Origin: Bdellovibrionota bacterium
Lineage (GTDB): Bacteria; Bdellovibrionota_G; JALEGL01; DATDPG01
Length of the DNA stretch: 64,000 bases
Assembly: GCA_963668355.1 (NCBI GenBank)
Contig: OY764265.1
Location: 96,001 to 160,000, forward strand
Direction of reading: 5' to 3'
The translations under genes and the position numbers were made by a program. This document shows positions 47,955-58,328 of the stretch, piece by piece. Positions within the stretch are counted from its first letter, which is position 1; every line of letters starts with the position of its first letter. The notes under the pieces were generated by a model that was given only the letters and a program-made list of their open reading frames with translations, did no database searches and was not told where the DNA came from.

Positions 47955-49471
47955 CGCCTAAAATCTGGCTTTTTACGATTCTTTCTTGCGCTCTCTTCGT
48001 CTCCTTTAACTCCAAGGCTTCCACTCTTTTTCGTCCAGACTCGGTGGAATTGGAACAAATGGATCACCTCGTTTCTCAATCCTCAAAAATTGTTCATCCC
48101 TGGAGCATTCAGCCCATTTCTCACGAATACATGGCGGACCTGCTGGAACAAATCGAGCCTGAATCCACGTATGAAAAGCAATTCACTGCGTTCCTAAAGC
48201 GATACATGAACGCACACTCAGTTTCCTCTGAAACTTCCTGGTTGGATCTAGAAGCCCGATTGGGCTACTCGATGACCAATTCTCGTCCCGTTCAACTTCT
48301 CCAAATCGATGCCGTTTCAAATCCCCTTCTAAGTGGAAATGAAGGCATGTTCTCTTACAGAGGGCACCATGGATTCTTGGGGATGAGAGTTCAGGGAGAA
48401 TGGAATAACCACCTCTCATTTTCCGCACTACCCACGCTTCGTCTCACGTCCAACGATGTTTTGTTGAACGACTCCGCATCCTTTTATCTCCCAGAAGCTT
48501 TGCTCACCTTCCGCTTCAATAAATTTGCAATGGAAGCGGGAAGAGGAGCCATTCGTTGGGGGAATGGACGGTTTGGACATCTATTGTTCTCGGGAGATCA
48601 TTATCCCCTCTACCTGGCCAGGCTCCGGTCAAATGAACCCGTTTCCTTGCCGGGATTTTTACGTTTCCTTGGCCCCATGCGATTCGAAGCGTTTTTCTCT
48701 CAACTCGACAAAAACCGAGAGTTCCCTCATGCCAAACTCATCGGAATGCTCTTTGTATTTGCTCCCCACCCTCGCCTTGAATTCAGTCTGGGACAAACGG
48801 TTTTATATGGAGGGGATGGAGCTCCGACCAACAATCCTTTGGTTTATTTTTCTGAAAAAGTGGCCGACGCCTCCAATCCAGCAAATCGAAACTTTTTAAT
48901 TTCTGCCAGGTATCGCATTCCTGGTCTCGAAATTGAACCCTATGCGGAAATGTTGGTGGAGGATTGTTGCGACATCAACTTTTTCAATCCCAGGGACGTG
49001 GTTAATCTTTATGGGATTTACTTCCCAAGAATTGACCCTTCAGGAAAAGCTGACTTTGCTTTTGAATGGGTTCGAACCAATCACATCACCTACCGCCACA
49101 ATCCTTATTCATCCGGATATGTATACAACGGTCGAAACCTTGGACACCCTCTTGGGCCCGATGCCAATGGCATCTATGGAATTTTGAGATACTTTCACAC
49201 CCCTTCGTTGATGGCCAAAATGGTCGTTGCTTACGAGATTCGAGGAAGACTCGAATACTCTTTTTCAAAGAATGACATTCGAACGGCCGTTCCAAGTTTT
49301 CAGGCTCCAGAGGATCGTCTGTGGGTTCGGTTCAAGGTGGACTGGGCACCTCATCCTGGAATGCATTTCTCCCCGGAAATCGGTCTAGAGCGCGTGACCC
49401 ATGAAGGGTACCAACTCCATGAAGACCATTGGCAAGGCACGGGCGGAGTAGAATTTCGGTACGTATTCTAG
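47951..49471 (+). CDS. Wzi-family (capsule assembly) outer-membrane beta-barrel
   Basis: Signal peptide; GR...WG.G..G.LL.S and LGH..G.D motifs; terminal YVF. Confidence 0.78.
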   Translation: MTPKIWLFTILSCALFVSFNSKASTLFRPDSVELEQMDHLVSQSSKIVHPWSIQPISHEYMADLLEQIEPESTYEKQFTAFLKRYMNAHSVSSETSWLDLEARLGYSMTNSRPVQLLQIDAVSNPLLSGNEGMFSYRGHHGFLGMRVQGEWNNHLSFSALPTLRLTSNDVLLNDSASFYLPEALLTFRFNKFAMEAGRGAIRWGNGRFGHLLFSGDHYPLYLARLRSNEPVSLPGFLRFLGPMRFEAFFSQLDKNREFPHAKLIGMLFVFAPHPRLEFSLGQTVLYGGDGAPTNNPLVYFSEKVADASNPANRNFLISARYRIPGLEIEPYAEMLVEDCCDINFFNPRDVVNLYGIYFPRIDPSGKADFAFEWVRTNHITYRHNPYSSGYVYNGRNLGHPLGPDANGIYGILRYFHTPSLMAKMVVAYEIRGRLEYSFSKNDIRTAVPSFQAPEDRLWVRFKVDWAPHPGMHFSPEIGLERVTHEGYQLHEDHWQGTGGVEFRYVF

Positions 49472-49507
49472 ATAAACCCGTTAGATCCGCTAAAATCACT
49501 TCCAACA

Positions 49508-52018
49508 ATGGGACCCTTAAATAGCAAAAATCTTTCGGGAAGTTTTTACCGACATCCCTTTATCTGGCTCACCGCAATCCTCTTGACGGTTCTTCCCGCT
49601 TTCTTTTTCGCGAAGAAGTTGACGTTGGAAAGCGATTTCAAACGTCTTCTTCCTTCGGACAAACAAAGCGTCATTGTCCTCAACCGAATCATTGAAAAAG
49701 TCGGAGGAGTGGGCAGTCTGGCCATTGCCATCGAGTGCGAGGATTACAAAGCTACGGAAAGATTCATGGAGGACCTGGCCGTAGAACTTCGAAAGCTTCC
49801 GGAAAAATATGTTCGCTTTCTGGACTACAACGTCTCCAAAGCCAAACAATTTTTCAAAGATAATCGCTACCTTTATATGGAATTGGAGGATTTGAAAGAA
49901 ATCCACGACCGCCTCGCCAAAAAAATTCGCTACGAAAAGCTTCAACAAAACCCGTTTTATCTTTCTCTGGAAGAAGATGAGGCTGAGTTTGACCTGAGTG
50001 ATATTGAGGAAAAGTACAAAGGAAAAACCTCTAAATATGATGGCTACACGGATGGTTATTTCTTTGGGGAAAATAACAAACTGGCCGTCATGTTGGTTCG
50101 ACCGCATGGGAGTTCGACCGGAATGGCTTTTTCCAAAGACCTCATGGCCAAAGTTCAAGCCGAAATCGATAAGCTCGATCCCAAAAGCTATCACCCCTCC
50201 ATGACAACCAGCTTTACGGGGAAATATAAACGAACCATCGAAGAATATGACCAGTTGCTCACGGACGTTCTGGAAACCTTGGCCATCTGCCTCTTTCTGG
50301 TCGCGTTGGTGATCTATTTCTATTTTTGGCGATTTCGCGTGATCTGGTTTCTCACGCTCCCCCTGGGCATCGGCGTTCTATGGACCTTTGCCTTAACCAA
50401 ACTGCACATTGGCTACCTCAATTCTCAAACGGCTTTCCTGGGAAGCATCATCATCGGAAATGGTGTTAACTCGGGAATCATTCTTCTGGGAAGATATTTT
50501 GAGGAACGACGACAAAAGAAGAAAGTTGAAGATGCCATTCGCACAGCCGTTCGAACCACCTGGTTGGGAACGCTTACAGCAGCCATCACGACCAGTGCAG
50601 CTTTTGCCGCTCTAAGTTTTTCTGAAATCAAAGGGTTTAGCCAGTTTGGTTTCATCGGGGGCCTTGGAATGACGTTTTGTTGGCTCGCCACCTACTGCAC
50701 ACTTCCTCCCCTCTTGGTGATTTCTGAACGCATTCGCCCCATTGTCAGAGACAAAAGGACCGTTCCCAATCAATGGGCCAGCATCCTTCACCCCATTGCC
50801 GCCCTCGTCTCTCATTCCCCCCGACTCATTGGTTTAACGGGAATCTTTCTCGCCGTGGCCTCCGTCGGTTTCTTTTTGCGATTTGCCCCAAACGCGTTGG
50901 AGTATGATTTTTCCAAACTCAAAAACAAACCCACCCAGAAGCAAATGGAACATGCGGTGGGAGATCGAGTAGATAAGATCTTTGGGAAAAATCTTTCACC
51001 TGCCGTCATTTTGCTAGATCACGAGGACCAGGCCAAAGATGTGTGCGATGCCATCATGAAGCGGGAGGAAAATCTCTCCGAAGTGGAGAAAACCATTGAT
51101 GCATGCATGACTCTCAACTCGTATCTTCCTCAAAACCAAAAAGAAAAATTGAAAGTCATTCAACAAATCAAGGTCCTTCTTCGTGACAAGTCTTTGAATT
51201 TTGCGAAAAAATATCGGAAAGAGATTGATGATTTTCGAGAGGCCGTAAATTTAAAAGAGATCAAACTTGCGGATCTTCCCGGACCGCTCAAACGAAACTA
51301 TGAAGAATTGGACGGACGTCTTGGGCGAATCACCTACGTCTATCCACGGCCAACAGCGACATTAACCTATGGGAAACGTCTCATTAAATTCGCAGATGTT
51401 CTTCAATCCGTTCGTTTACCGGATGGAAGCGTCGTTCACATGTCAGGTGACGCGGCGATCTTTGCCGACTTACTTCGGGCTGTCATTCACGATGGTCCGT
51501 TGGCTACGCTGTTTTCGTTTTTGGGCGTGGCCTTTTTGGTCATCATCAGCATGCGACGAATCCGCTCGGTGGTCTACATTTTGGGAGGATTGCTCTTCGG
51601 AATCATTTTCATGCTGGGGTTGGAAGCTCTTCTCCACATTAAGTTGAATTTCTTCAATTTCATTGCTTTGCCCGTAACATTTGGAATCGGCGTGGATTAC
51701 GGAGTCAATCTATTCCAGCGATATCGCATTGAAGGAAACCGTTCGGTCCCAAAGGCGATCGGCACGGTGGGAGGAGCCATCATTCTTTGTTCCTTAACCA
51801 CCATCATCGGCTATTCGAGTCTTTTGACCGCACGAAACCAAGCGTTGGCCTCGTTTGGCTGGCTGGCTCTTCTGGGAGAGTTTTCGTGTCTATTTGCCTC
51901 CATCGTCGTGATGCCAGCATTTCTGTATTGTTTTGATGAATGCAAGCGCCAGCCCTCCCATTGTGGATCGGAACGACGAAAGCAACCCCGATCTGAACTG
52001 AACCCGAAGGATAAATAG
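49508..52018 (+). CDS. MMPL-family (RND superfamily) lipid transporter
   Basis: Duplicated 1+5 TM topology; IIGNGVNSG and FGIGVDYG motifs; LTTIIGY. Confidence 0.88.
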   Translation: MGPLNSKNLSGSFYRHPFIWLTAILLTVLPAFFFAKKLTLESDFKRLLPSDKQSVIVLNRIIEKVGGVGSLAIAIECEDYKATERFMEDLAVELRKLPEKYVRFLDYNVSKAKQFFKDNRYLYMELEDLKEIHDRLAKKIRYEKLQQNPFYLSLEEDEAEFDLSDIEEKYKGKTSKYDGYTDGYFFGENNKLAVMLVRPHGSSTGMAFSKDLMAKVQAEIDKLDPKSYHPSMTTSFTGKYKRTIEEYDQLLTDVLETLAICLFLVALVIYFYFWRFRVIWFLTLPLGIGVLWTFALTKLHIGYLNSQTAFLGSIIIGNGVNSGIILLGRYFEERRQKKKVEDAIRTAVRTTWLGTLTAAITTSAAFAALSFSEIKGFSQFGFIGGLGMTFCWLATYCTLPPLLVISERIRPIVRDKRTVPNQWASILHPIAALVSHSPRLIGLTGIFLAVASVGFFLRFAPNALEYDFSKLKNKPTQKQMEHAVGDRVDKIFGKNLSPAVILLDHEDQAKDVCDAIMKREENLSEVEKTIDACMTLNSYLPQNQKEKLKVIQQIKVLLRDKSLNFAKKYRKEIDDFREAVNLKEIKLADLPGPLKRNYEELDGRLGRITYVYPRPTATLTYGKRLIKFADVLQSVRLPDGSVVHMSGDAAIFADLLRAVIHDGPLATLFSFLGVAFLVIISMRRIRSVVYILGGLLFGIIFMLGLEALLHIKLNFFNFIALPVTFGIGVDYGVNLFQRYRIEGNRSVPKAIGTVGGAIILCSLTTIIGYSSLLTARNQALASFGWLALLGEFSCLFASIVVMPAFLYCFDECKRQPSHCGSERRKQPRSELNPKDK

Positions 52019-52208
52019 CTGTTATTATACTGGTTTTTAACGCCTTGACTTTCTCTCAAGAAACGTAGAAAAAAGTTCTGACGAGTTGCGTCAGCGGACC
52101 CTTATATGGACTTTTTACATAGGACTGTTATTTTCTCTTTAGAGACAATGACTTAGAGATGGAAATTGGTTTTCCAGCTGAGTTCTGAAAGTTAAGGCAG
52201 ACCTTTTC

Positions 52209-53498
52209 ATGACCCAAGATAAACGACCGACCCGAGTTCTCTTCTTAAGTAGCTGCATCAATGGAGGCGGCGCAGGGAGAAGTCTGACCGTTTACTTGAA
52301 CCACGAAGGGGAAAACGTGGAAGCTCATGTCGTTATGCCTGAACCCGGTGTCATCGAAGAGCGCATCGAAAAAAATGTCAAAAAAATCTGGTACGTCAAA
52401 GAATTCGTCGAACGAATTCAGCGCTGTCCCTATGCATGGGTCGAAAAACTGGGTTGGACCTGGCTTCATTGGCTCATGAATTTTTTTGCGCTGCCGATTG
52501 CCACAGCTCGAATCATTTGCATCGCAAGACGCATTAAACCCGACATCATTTACTGCAACCATATGTTGGCCAATCCAGTAGGAGCTTTTGTCGGTACGTG
52601 GCTCAAGATTCCCGTCGTATTCCACGCAAGAAATATTCATGTCGCTTGGTTGGGTCGAAAGTTTTATCGTTTTTTGGCCGGTCTTTCTTGCACACGAAGG
52701 GTCATTTGCAATTCACTTGCCTCAGCTCTCATCTATCGTGAATACACAGAGGAAAAAGTAAGCGTCATCTACAATTTTGTCGATCTCTCGGAGTTTGATC
52801 GCTCCATCATTTCCCCGCTTCTTCGAAAGTCTTACAACATCCCTGAAGACGCTTTGGTCATTGGATATTTGGGACGCATCTTGAAAAAGAAAGGCATCCA
52901 CGTCCTATTAAATGCCTTTGCTCGAATCTATGCCACGAACCCCAAAGCTTACTTGGTTCTCGTCGGAGACAATGATGGTGCCCTTCACCATGATATGCGC
53001 GCACGATGTGAGGCCTATGCGAAAAATCTGGAAATTTCGGATCGCACGTTTTTCGTGGGATTCAAAGAAGACATTCGCCCCTATTTGGCTGATTTTGACA
53101 TCTTAACCCTCCCATCCGTCGAACCCGAATCGTTCGGTCGGGTCTTGATTGAAGCCATGGCGGTTGGAATCCCTTCAGTTGTATCGGCTCATGGAGGCGC
53201 CGTGGAAGTGGTCAAGCATGGTTTAAATGGTCTTTGGTCCATCCCTGGGGACTATGACGACCTCGCCAGACAATTGGATACGTTGCTCAGTGATGCAGAT
53301 CTTCGACAAAGACTTGGACGATTTGGAATGGATCATGTTCGTGAACAATTTTCCGAAAGTGAATTGGCCCGAAGAATCACTGAAGTACTGAACGAAGTTC
53401 GAAATCAAAAAGTGTTTTATTTCGAAAAGAGAAGAAAGCAATTATCGGACCTTCGAAACAAGGCCCATGAATCTAAGTCCAAACGTCGCGCAAGCTAA
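52209..53498 (+). CDS. Glycosyltransferase family 4
   Basis: GGAG loop, GRI...KG and ESFGRVLIEAM signature. Confidence 0.92.
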   Translation: MTQDKRPTRVLFLSSCINGGGAGRSLTVYLNHEGENVEAHVVMPEPGVIEERIEKNVKKIWYVKEFVERIQRCPYAWVEKLGWTWLHWLMNFFALPIATARIICIARRIKPDIIYCNHMLANPVGAFVGTWLKIPVVFHARNIHVAWLGRKFYRFLAGLSCTRRVICNSLASALIYREYTEEKVSVIYNFVDLSEFDRSIISPLLRKSYNIPEDALVIGYLGRILKKKGIHVLLNAFARIYATNPKAYLVLVGDNDGALHHDMRARCEAYAKNLEISDRTFFVGFKEDIRPYLADFDILTLPSVEPESFGRVLIEAMAVGIPSVVSAHGGAVEVVKHGLNGLWSIPGDYDDLARQLDTLLSDADLRQRLGRFGMDHVREQFSESELARRITEVLNEVRNQKVFYFEKRRKQLSDLRNKAHESKSKRRAS

Positions 53499-54288
53499 TG
53501 ACGCTTAATCCTTTTTCTTGAATTCCTCGCAGAATTTTCGGAAGAGCGCTCACCAAGGAATCTCTCCTCCCAGGTTTATTTGCCGCAAAACCGTCATGCA
53601 TGAGTAAAATATCTCCTTCACGAATTCGGTTCAACGCTCGGTCGACAATTTCTTGCGGCGGCGGGTTTTCAACATCATATAAAGGATAGGAGAAGCCAAT
53701 CATTTTCTGATTAGATGCTTTTACGATTCTCTCAACCGTCCGACTTTTGAACCCTTTCGGACATCGAAAAAATTTTGGAGGTTCGCCACATATATCTTGA
53801 ATGACTTTCGTGGCTTGCACGATTTCATCTTGAATTTCATGCTTACCCAGCTTCGGGAGTACGCGATGAGTCATCGAGTGAACCGCTACTTCGTGACCTC
53901 GTTCAAAAATGGCTTTGGCAATCTCCGGATGCTTCTGAACATTTTCACCAATGCAAAAGAACATGGCCTTTACGTCGAATTGGTCCAAGATGTCGAGAAT
54001 CTCCAACGTATATGGATCACTGGGACCATCATCAAACGTAAGAGCGATATGTCCTGACGCATATGGTTTGGGTAGCCGGTGAGGTGCAAACGAAAACACA
54101 TTCACGCCCGGAACCATCATGTCGAGAAAGTACAACGCAAGACCTAGAAAAAAAACTGCAAGAACAATTCCAAATATCCCGTTCCATGGAGAGGGCAACA
54201 AAGAAATGGCCCAAAAAGAGCCCCCTCCAAGGAGCAAAAAGATCCCCACGTGACGAAAGATTTTCCAAATCGTACGTAAGGGAATCAT
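53473..54288 (-). CDS. Membrane-anchored polysaccharide deacetylase (CE4/NodB)
   Basis: Two N-terminal TM helices; TFDDGP, HSMTH, FRCP and LLMHD motifs. Confidence 0.92.
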   Translation of the reverse strand: MIPLRTIWKIFRHVGIFLLLGGGSFWAISLLPSPWNGIFGIVLAVFFLGLALYFLDMMVPGVNVFSFAPHRLPKPYASGHIALTFDDGPSDPYTLEILDILDQFDVKAMFFCIGENVQKHPEIAKAIFERGHEVAVHSMTHRVLPKLGKHEIQDEIVQATKVIQDICGEPPKFFRCPKGFKSRTVERIVKASNQKMIGFSYPLYDVENPPPQEIVDRALNRIREGDILLMHDGFAANKPGRRDSLVSALPKILRGIQEKGLSVISLRDVWT

Positions 54289-54297
54289 GAGTGGTTC

Positions 54298-55731
54298 TTA
54301 CGCGTCGAAATACAAAGCCACCTCTCGCGGATGGGGTCGCTTTCGAACATCCGTGGCTTCATCCCGCTTCCGTTCGATCCAAGCCTGGATGGTGTCCTCA
54401 TGAAAGACGTCGCCTTCCATCAAGAATTCGTGATCTTTTTCCAAAGCCACCAAGGCATCCGCCAATGTCAAAGGTATGGTTTTCACCCGAGAGGTTTTTC
54501 CTCGATCCATGCCTTGCAAACTCTGATCGAAGGGGCCGCATCCTAAATCTTTTGGATTGATTTTGTTTTTGATTCCGTCCAAGCCTGCCATGAGCATTCC
54601 TGCTAAGGCCAGGTAGATATTGCATGTGGCATCTGGGGGACGAAACTCGATGCGTTTGGTCTCGGGGGTATTTCCCGCTTCCGGGATCCGAATGGCCGCA
54701 CTTCGATTGGCCAGGCCATAAATTAGATGAATCGGAGCCTCAAACCCTGGAACCAAGCGCTTATATGAATTGGTACTTGGGTTCGTTAGAGCGGAAAGCG
54801 CCGCTCCATGATGAAGAATGCCCCCAATATAATAGAGGGCTGTTTCACTCAGCTGCGCCCAGCCGTTTTCATCCCAAAAAAGAGGTTTTCCTTTAAGCCA
54901 TAGATTCTGGTGTACATGCATTCCGTTTCCGGCGTCATTCCAAAGAGGTTTGGGCATGAATGTCGCCACCTTTCCCTCTTCATGAGCCAACATACGAATA
55001 AGATATTTCACCGTCATCGTAACGTCCCCCGCGGACAAAAGCGGGTGAAAGAGAACCTCGATTTCCGATTGTCCAGCTCCCCCAACTTCATGATGGTGAT
55101 ATTTCACAGGGATCCCACAGTCCTGAACCTGATGAACAATCCGATCTCTTAATTTATAGAGTCGATCTTGTGGAGGAAGTGCATGATACCCCCCTTTTTG
55201 AGGCAATACGGTCCCGACACCATCTACGTTCCCGGAGTTCCACTCAGCTTCCGAAACATCCACTTCGTAAAACGTGGAATTTACGGCGGATTGATGCCGA
55301 ACAGAATCAAAAATATGAAATTCAAACTCTGGGCTCATGGACGCCAAATCTGCAATCCCTGTGGATTTCATGTGTTCTTCGGCCCTTCGCGCAATGCCTC
55401 TCGGATCGCGGGCATAGGCCTTTCCATCTCCCGTATAAATATCGCAGATGAGGCTTAAAGTGGGACGTTCCCAGAACGGATCCAACATTTTGGTGGAAGG
55501 GTCGGGAATGAGTGTCATATCGCTACGGGTGCTTCGCGTATATCCGGGGATGCTGGATCCATCAAACGCCACGCCCGAGGAAAAGAACCCCTCGTCCAGT
55601 CGTTCGACAGGAATGCTGACATGGTGCCATCTCCCAATCAGACTAACAAACTTCAGGTCCACCGTTTGGACGTGTTTTTCTTTCGCAAACGTTAGAACTT
55701 CTTGAATCTTGGCTCCATCTGGCTTAACCAT
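54298..55731 (-). CDS. glnA: Glutamine synthetase type I
   Basis: FDGSSI, HHHEV, ATFMPKP, GNGMH, RLVPGFEAP, NRSAAIRIP and RIEFR motifs. Confidence 0.96.
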   Translation of the reverse strand: MVKPDGAKIQEVLTFAKEKHVQTVDLKFVSLIGRWHHVSIPVERLDEGFFSSGVAFDGSSIPGYTRSTRSDMTLIPDPSTKMLDPFWERPTLSLICDIYTGDGKAYARDPRGIARRAEEHMKSTGIADLASMSPEFEFHIFDSVRHQSAVNSTFYEVDVSEAEWNSGNVDGVGTVLPQKGGYHALPPQDRLYKLRDRIVHQVQDCGIPVKYHHHEVGGAGQSEIEVLFHPLLSAGDVTMTVKYLIRMLAHEEGKVATFMPKPLWNDAGNGMHVHQNLWLKGKPLFWDENGWAQLSETALYYIGGILHHGAALSALTNPSTNSYKRLVPGFEAPIHLIYGLANRSAAIRIPEAGNTPETKRIEFRPPDATCNIYLALAGMLMAGLDGIKNKINPKDLGCGPFDQSLQGMDRGKTSRVKTIPLTLADALVALEKDHEFLMEGDVFHEDTIQAWIERKRDEATDVRKRPHPREVALYFDA

Positions 55732-55858
55732 CTCTAAATCTCCTGTTCCACCTTTCAAATCCAATATTAGCGGAAGGATCCTACACACTTAGGCCGCACA
55801 AGCAACCCAAGCTCCCAGCTAAAACGGGGGGAAATTTCTTCGTTGAATTTTTTCCTTT

Positions 55859-55872
55859 TGTGCATATGCACA
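55859..55872. promoter_or_regulatory. Perfect 14-bp palindrome TGTGCATATGCACA upstream of the NifB/NifX-family gene
   Basis: Lies between TTGAAT (55843) and TACAAT (55880) promoter-like boxes; candidate operator. Confidence 0.55.
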
Positions 55873-55913
55873 TAATCTGTACAATACACGCATCTCAAGA
55901 TGAAGGAGAATAT

Positions 55914-56270
55914 ATGAAAATTTGCGTTCCCAGCATGGATGATAAAGGTCTACAGGCTCCCGTTTCTGGACATTTTGGCTCGGCCACAACGTTCACGATT
56001 TTTGATACGGAAACCCAAGAGGTGGAAGTCTTAGTCAACCAGAATGATCATCAACATCATGGGGGATGTACACCCGTTGGTCTTTTGGCAGAGAAAAAAA
56101 TCAATGCCATCATTTGCCAAGGAATGGGAAAAAATGCGATCACGCGACTCTCTCAGGGAGGAATCGACGTCTACGTAACCCAGGCCAATCAGGTTCAAAT
56201 GGCCTTGGATGAGTTTCAAAAAGGTTCGCTTGAAAAGATCTCCCTGGACCATGCTTGTCCAGGGCACTAA
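55914..56270 (+). CDS. NifB/NifX-family (FeMo-cofactor-binding-like) protein
   Basis: HFG-x-A-x2-F motif, GMG..A...L...GI; His/Cys-rich HQHHGGC and HACPGH; AAGGAG RBS. Confidence 0.88.
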   Translation: MKICVPSMDDKGLQAPVSGHFGSATTFTIFDTETQEVEVLVNQNDHQHHGGCTPVGLLAEKKINAIICQGMGKNAITRLSQGGIDVYVTQANQVQMALDEFQKGSLEKISLDHACPGH

Positions 56271-57158
56271 TCAATTTTTGTTGATCGAAGCCAAACGCTC
56301 CAGTCGTTCATAATTTTCGGCTGCGTGTCGTTTAATGCTTTCGATATCCACATTCTCACTCTTAAAACGTTTTTGCTTGGCAAAATATTCGGATGGATCC
56401 ATTCCGTCCGGCTTCTCATTGATCACATAACGGATTCCATCAAATACTTCATAAAGTGGAAACAACCCGCTGCGAACAGCCACACGAACCAGTTCTATAG
56501 ATTCTCCCGGTTCAGACTTCCAGCCCGTTGGGCAAGGGGAGTGAATCAGGAAAAAGCGAAAGCCCTTCATGTCCATCGCAGTTTGGACTTTGCGTTGAAA
56601 ATCTTCGGGATGAGCAATTGAAAGTGTTGCAGCATAGGGGACTCGGTGAGCCGCCATGATTTCCAAGATGTCTTTCTTTCCCTCTAATTTTCCCGAAGGC
56701 GTCGTGGTCGTCTTGGCTCCCGGAGGTGTCGCAGAACTTCTCTGGCCCCCGGTGTTCCCATAGATTTCATTGTCGTAACAGACATAAATCAAATCATCGT
56801 TTCGCTCAGCAGCGGCCGACAATGTACCCAAGCCAATATCGTAGGTCCCGCCATCTCCGGCCCAACATACGGTAGTTTGGGGGTCTTGATTTAATTCGGT
56901 GGCAGCTGCGACGCCACTCCCAAAAGCAGGTGAAGACGCAAATGTGGCGGCAACCACAGGCACTCCATAACTCGTCGTAGGAAATGCACCAGCCGTAACA
57001 ATTCCACAACAAGCAGGAATCACCATCGTGGATTGCCTTTTTCCCAGGGCACGTCCGAACATGGTCAAAGCACTGCTCATTCCACATCCCCCACAGTTGG
57101 TATTCCCTGCGCGAAGGAGGCATTCTTCCGGCATGTGTTGTTGAACTACCTGAGTCAT
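56271..57158 (-). CDS. 2-oxoacid:acceptor oxidoreductase beta subunit (PorB-like)
   Basis: CGGCG, GDGGTYDIG, DNEIYGNTGGQ and PCPTGW motifs. Confidence 0.92.
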   Translation of the reverse strand: MTQVVQQHMPEECLLRAGNTNCGGCGMSSALTMFGRALGKRQSTMVIPACCGIVTAGAFPTTSYGVPVVAATFASSPAFGSGVAAATELNQDPQTTVCWAGDGGTYDIGLGTLSAAAERNDDLIYVCYDNEIYGNTGGQRSSATPPGAKTTTTPSGKLEGKKDILEIMAAHRVPYAATLSIAHPEDFQRKVQTAMDMKGFRFFLIHSPCPTGWKSEPGESIELVRVAVRSGLFPLYEVFDGIRYVINEKPDGMDPSEYFAKQKRFKSENVDIESIKRHAAENYERLERLASINKN

Positions 57159-58327
57159 GCGTCCACCCCCTTCCAAATAGGAGCTGATACCTGTTTACGT
57201 TCCTTCAAATCGTCGATGACTTCGTCAATCATTTGAGGGACCACATCCCCTCCTCCCACTCCGGTTAAGTAACTCTGAACCATGGCATTGGAAACGCCCT
57301 GAAGAGCAGAACGAACATCGTGACAAAAGATTCCTCCCACGCCGGCCGCATAGTTTCGGTCCAACACGCCGATCTTAGAAATTCCCTTGGTCAGGTTTCG
57401 GATGAGATCTGTCGGGAAAGGTCGAAACATTTTAATTCGAATCAACCCCACCTTCTCACCCTTGGCTCTCCGAGACTTCACCACCTCAAGAGCTGTTGTG
57501 GCCACAGTGCTGGAAGCGACCAGCACATGGTCCGCATCCTCTGTATAGTGGGCAGACACCATTCCATCAAAAGAGCGTCCAAAATGTTCTTCAAAAGCCT
57601 TTCGATGTTCTTCAAAAACTTCAGGTACGCGAGACACGGCTTCTTCCATTTCCACTCGTTGACTGGCCGTTTCTCGCGGCCAAGCCAACCCCCCAGTGGT
57701 GAATGGCTTCTCATGATTTAGTCGATGGGGAAGATCACAGATCGGCAAAAAGGCATCGACCTGGGATTGATCCGGTAAATCCACTTGCATGGCTGTATGA
57801 GAAACAATAAATGCATCCATGCAGATCATCACGGGCAATAAGATGCGTTTGTCCTCAGCCAAACGAAAAGCAAGCAAGGAAGTGTCTGCCACATCTTGAT
57901 TGGAGTTGCAGTAAAACTGAATCCAACCGAAGTCTCTAAACATCAATGAATCGCCTTGATCCGCCCAAATATTCCAGGGAGGACCCAGCGTTCGGTTGAC
58001 CGCGACCATCACAATCGGCAACCGATAAAACGCAGCGACCATAATATTCTCAGCCATGTACGCCAATCCATTCGAAGCACTGGCCGTAAACGAACGTGCA
58101 CCATGAAGGGAAGCACCAATGCAGACCCCCATGGCCGAATGCTCACTTTCGACCGCCACCACTTTGCCCTTTTCAAAAGGAAATTTGGCCACATACTCCA
58201 CAATTTCGGTTTGAGGCGTAATCGGATAAATTCCGGACACGACGCCCCTTCCTTTTCGATTCGCTTCTCCGGCTCTACTTAAGGCATAGCCAGCTGCATG
58301 ATTTCCCGTTACGAGTTGAACCGCCAT
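57155..58327 (-). CDS. 2-oxoacid:acceptor oxidoreductase alpha subunit (PorA-like)
   Basis: GNHAA, YPITPQT, VESEHSA, NRTLGPPWNI and FRPFP motifs. Confidence 0.92.
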   Translation of the reverse strand: MAVQLVTGNHAAGYALSRAGEANRKGRGVVSGIYPITPQTEIVEYVAKFPFEKGKVVAVESEHSAMGVCIGASLHGARSFTASASNGLAYMAENIMVAAFYRLPIVMVAVNRTLGPPWNIWADQGDSLMFRDFGWIQFYCNSNQDVADTSLLAFRLAEDKRILLPVMICMDAFIVSHTAMQVDLPDQSQVDAFLPICDLPHRLNHEKPFTTGGLAWPRETASQRVEMEEAVSRVPEVFEEHRKAFEEHFGRSFDGMVSAHYTEDADHVLVASSTVATTALEVVKSRRAKGEKVGLIRIKMFRPFPTDLIRNLTKGISKIGVLDRNYAAGVGGIFCHDVRSALQGVSNAMVQSYLTGVGGGDVVPQMIDEVIDDLKERKQVSAPIWKGVDA

Positions 58328-58328
58328 A

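Noticed and set aside
55914..56270. Nitrogen fixation locus (NifX-like gene, nifJ, glnA)
   Set aside because: No nifHDK/ENB; these families are common in non-diazotrophs.
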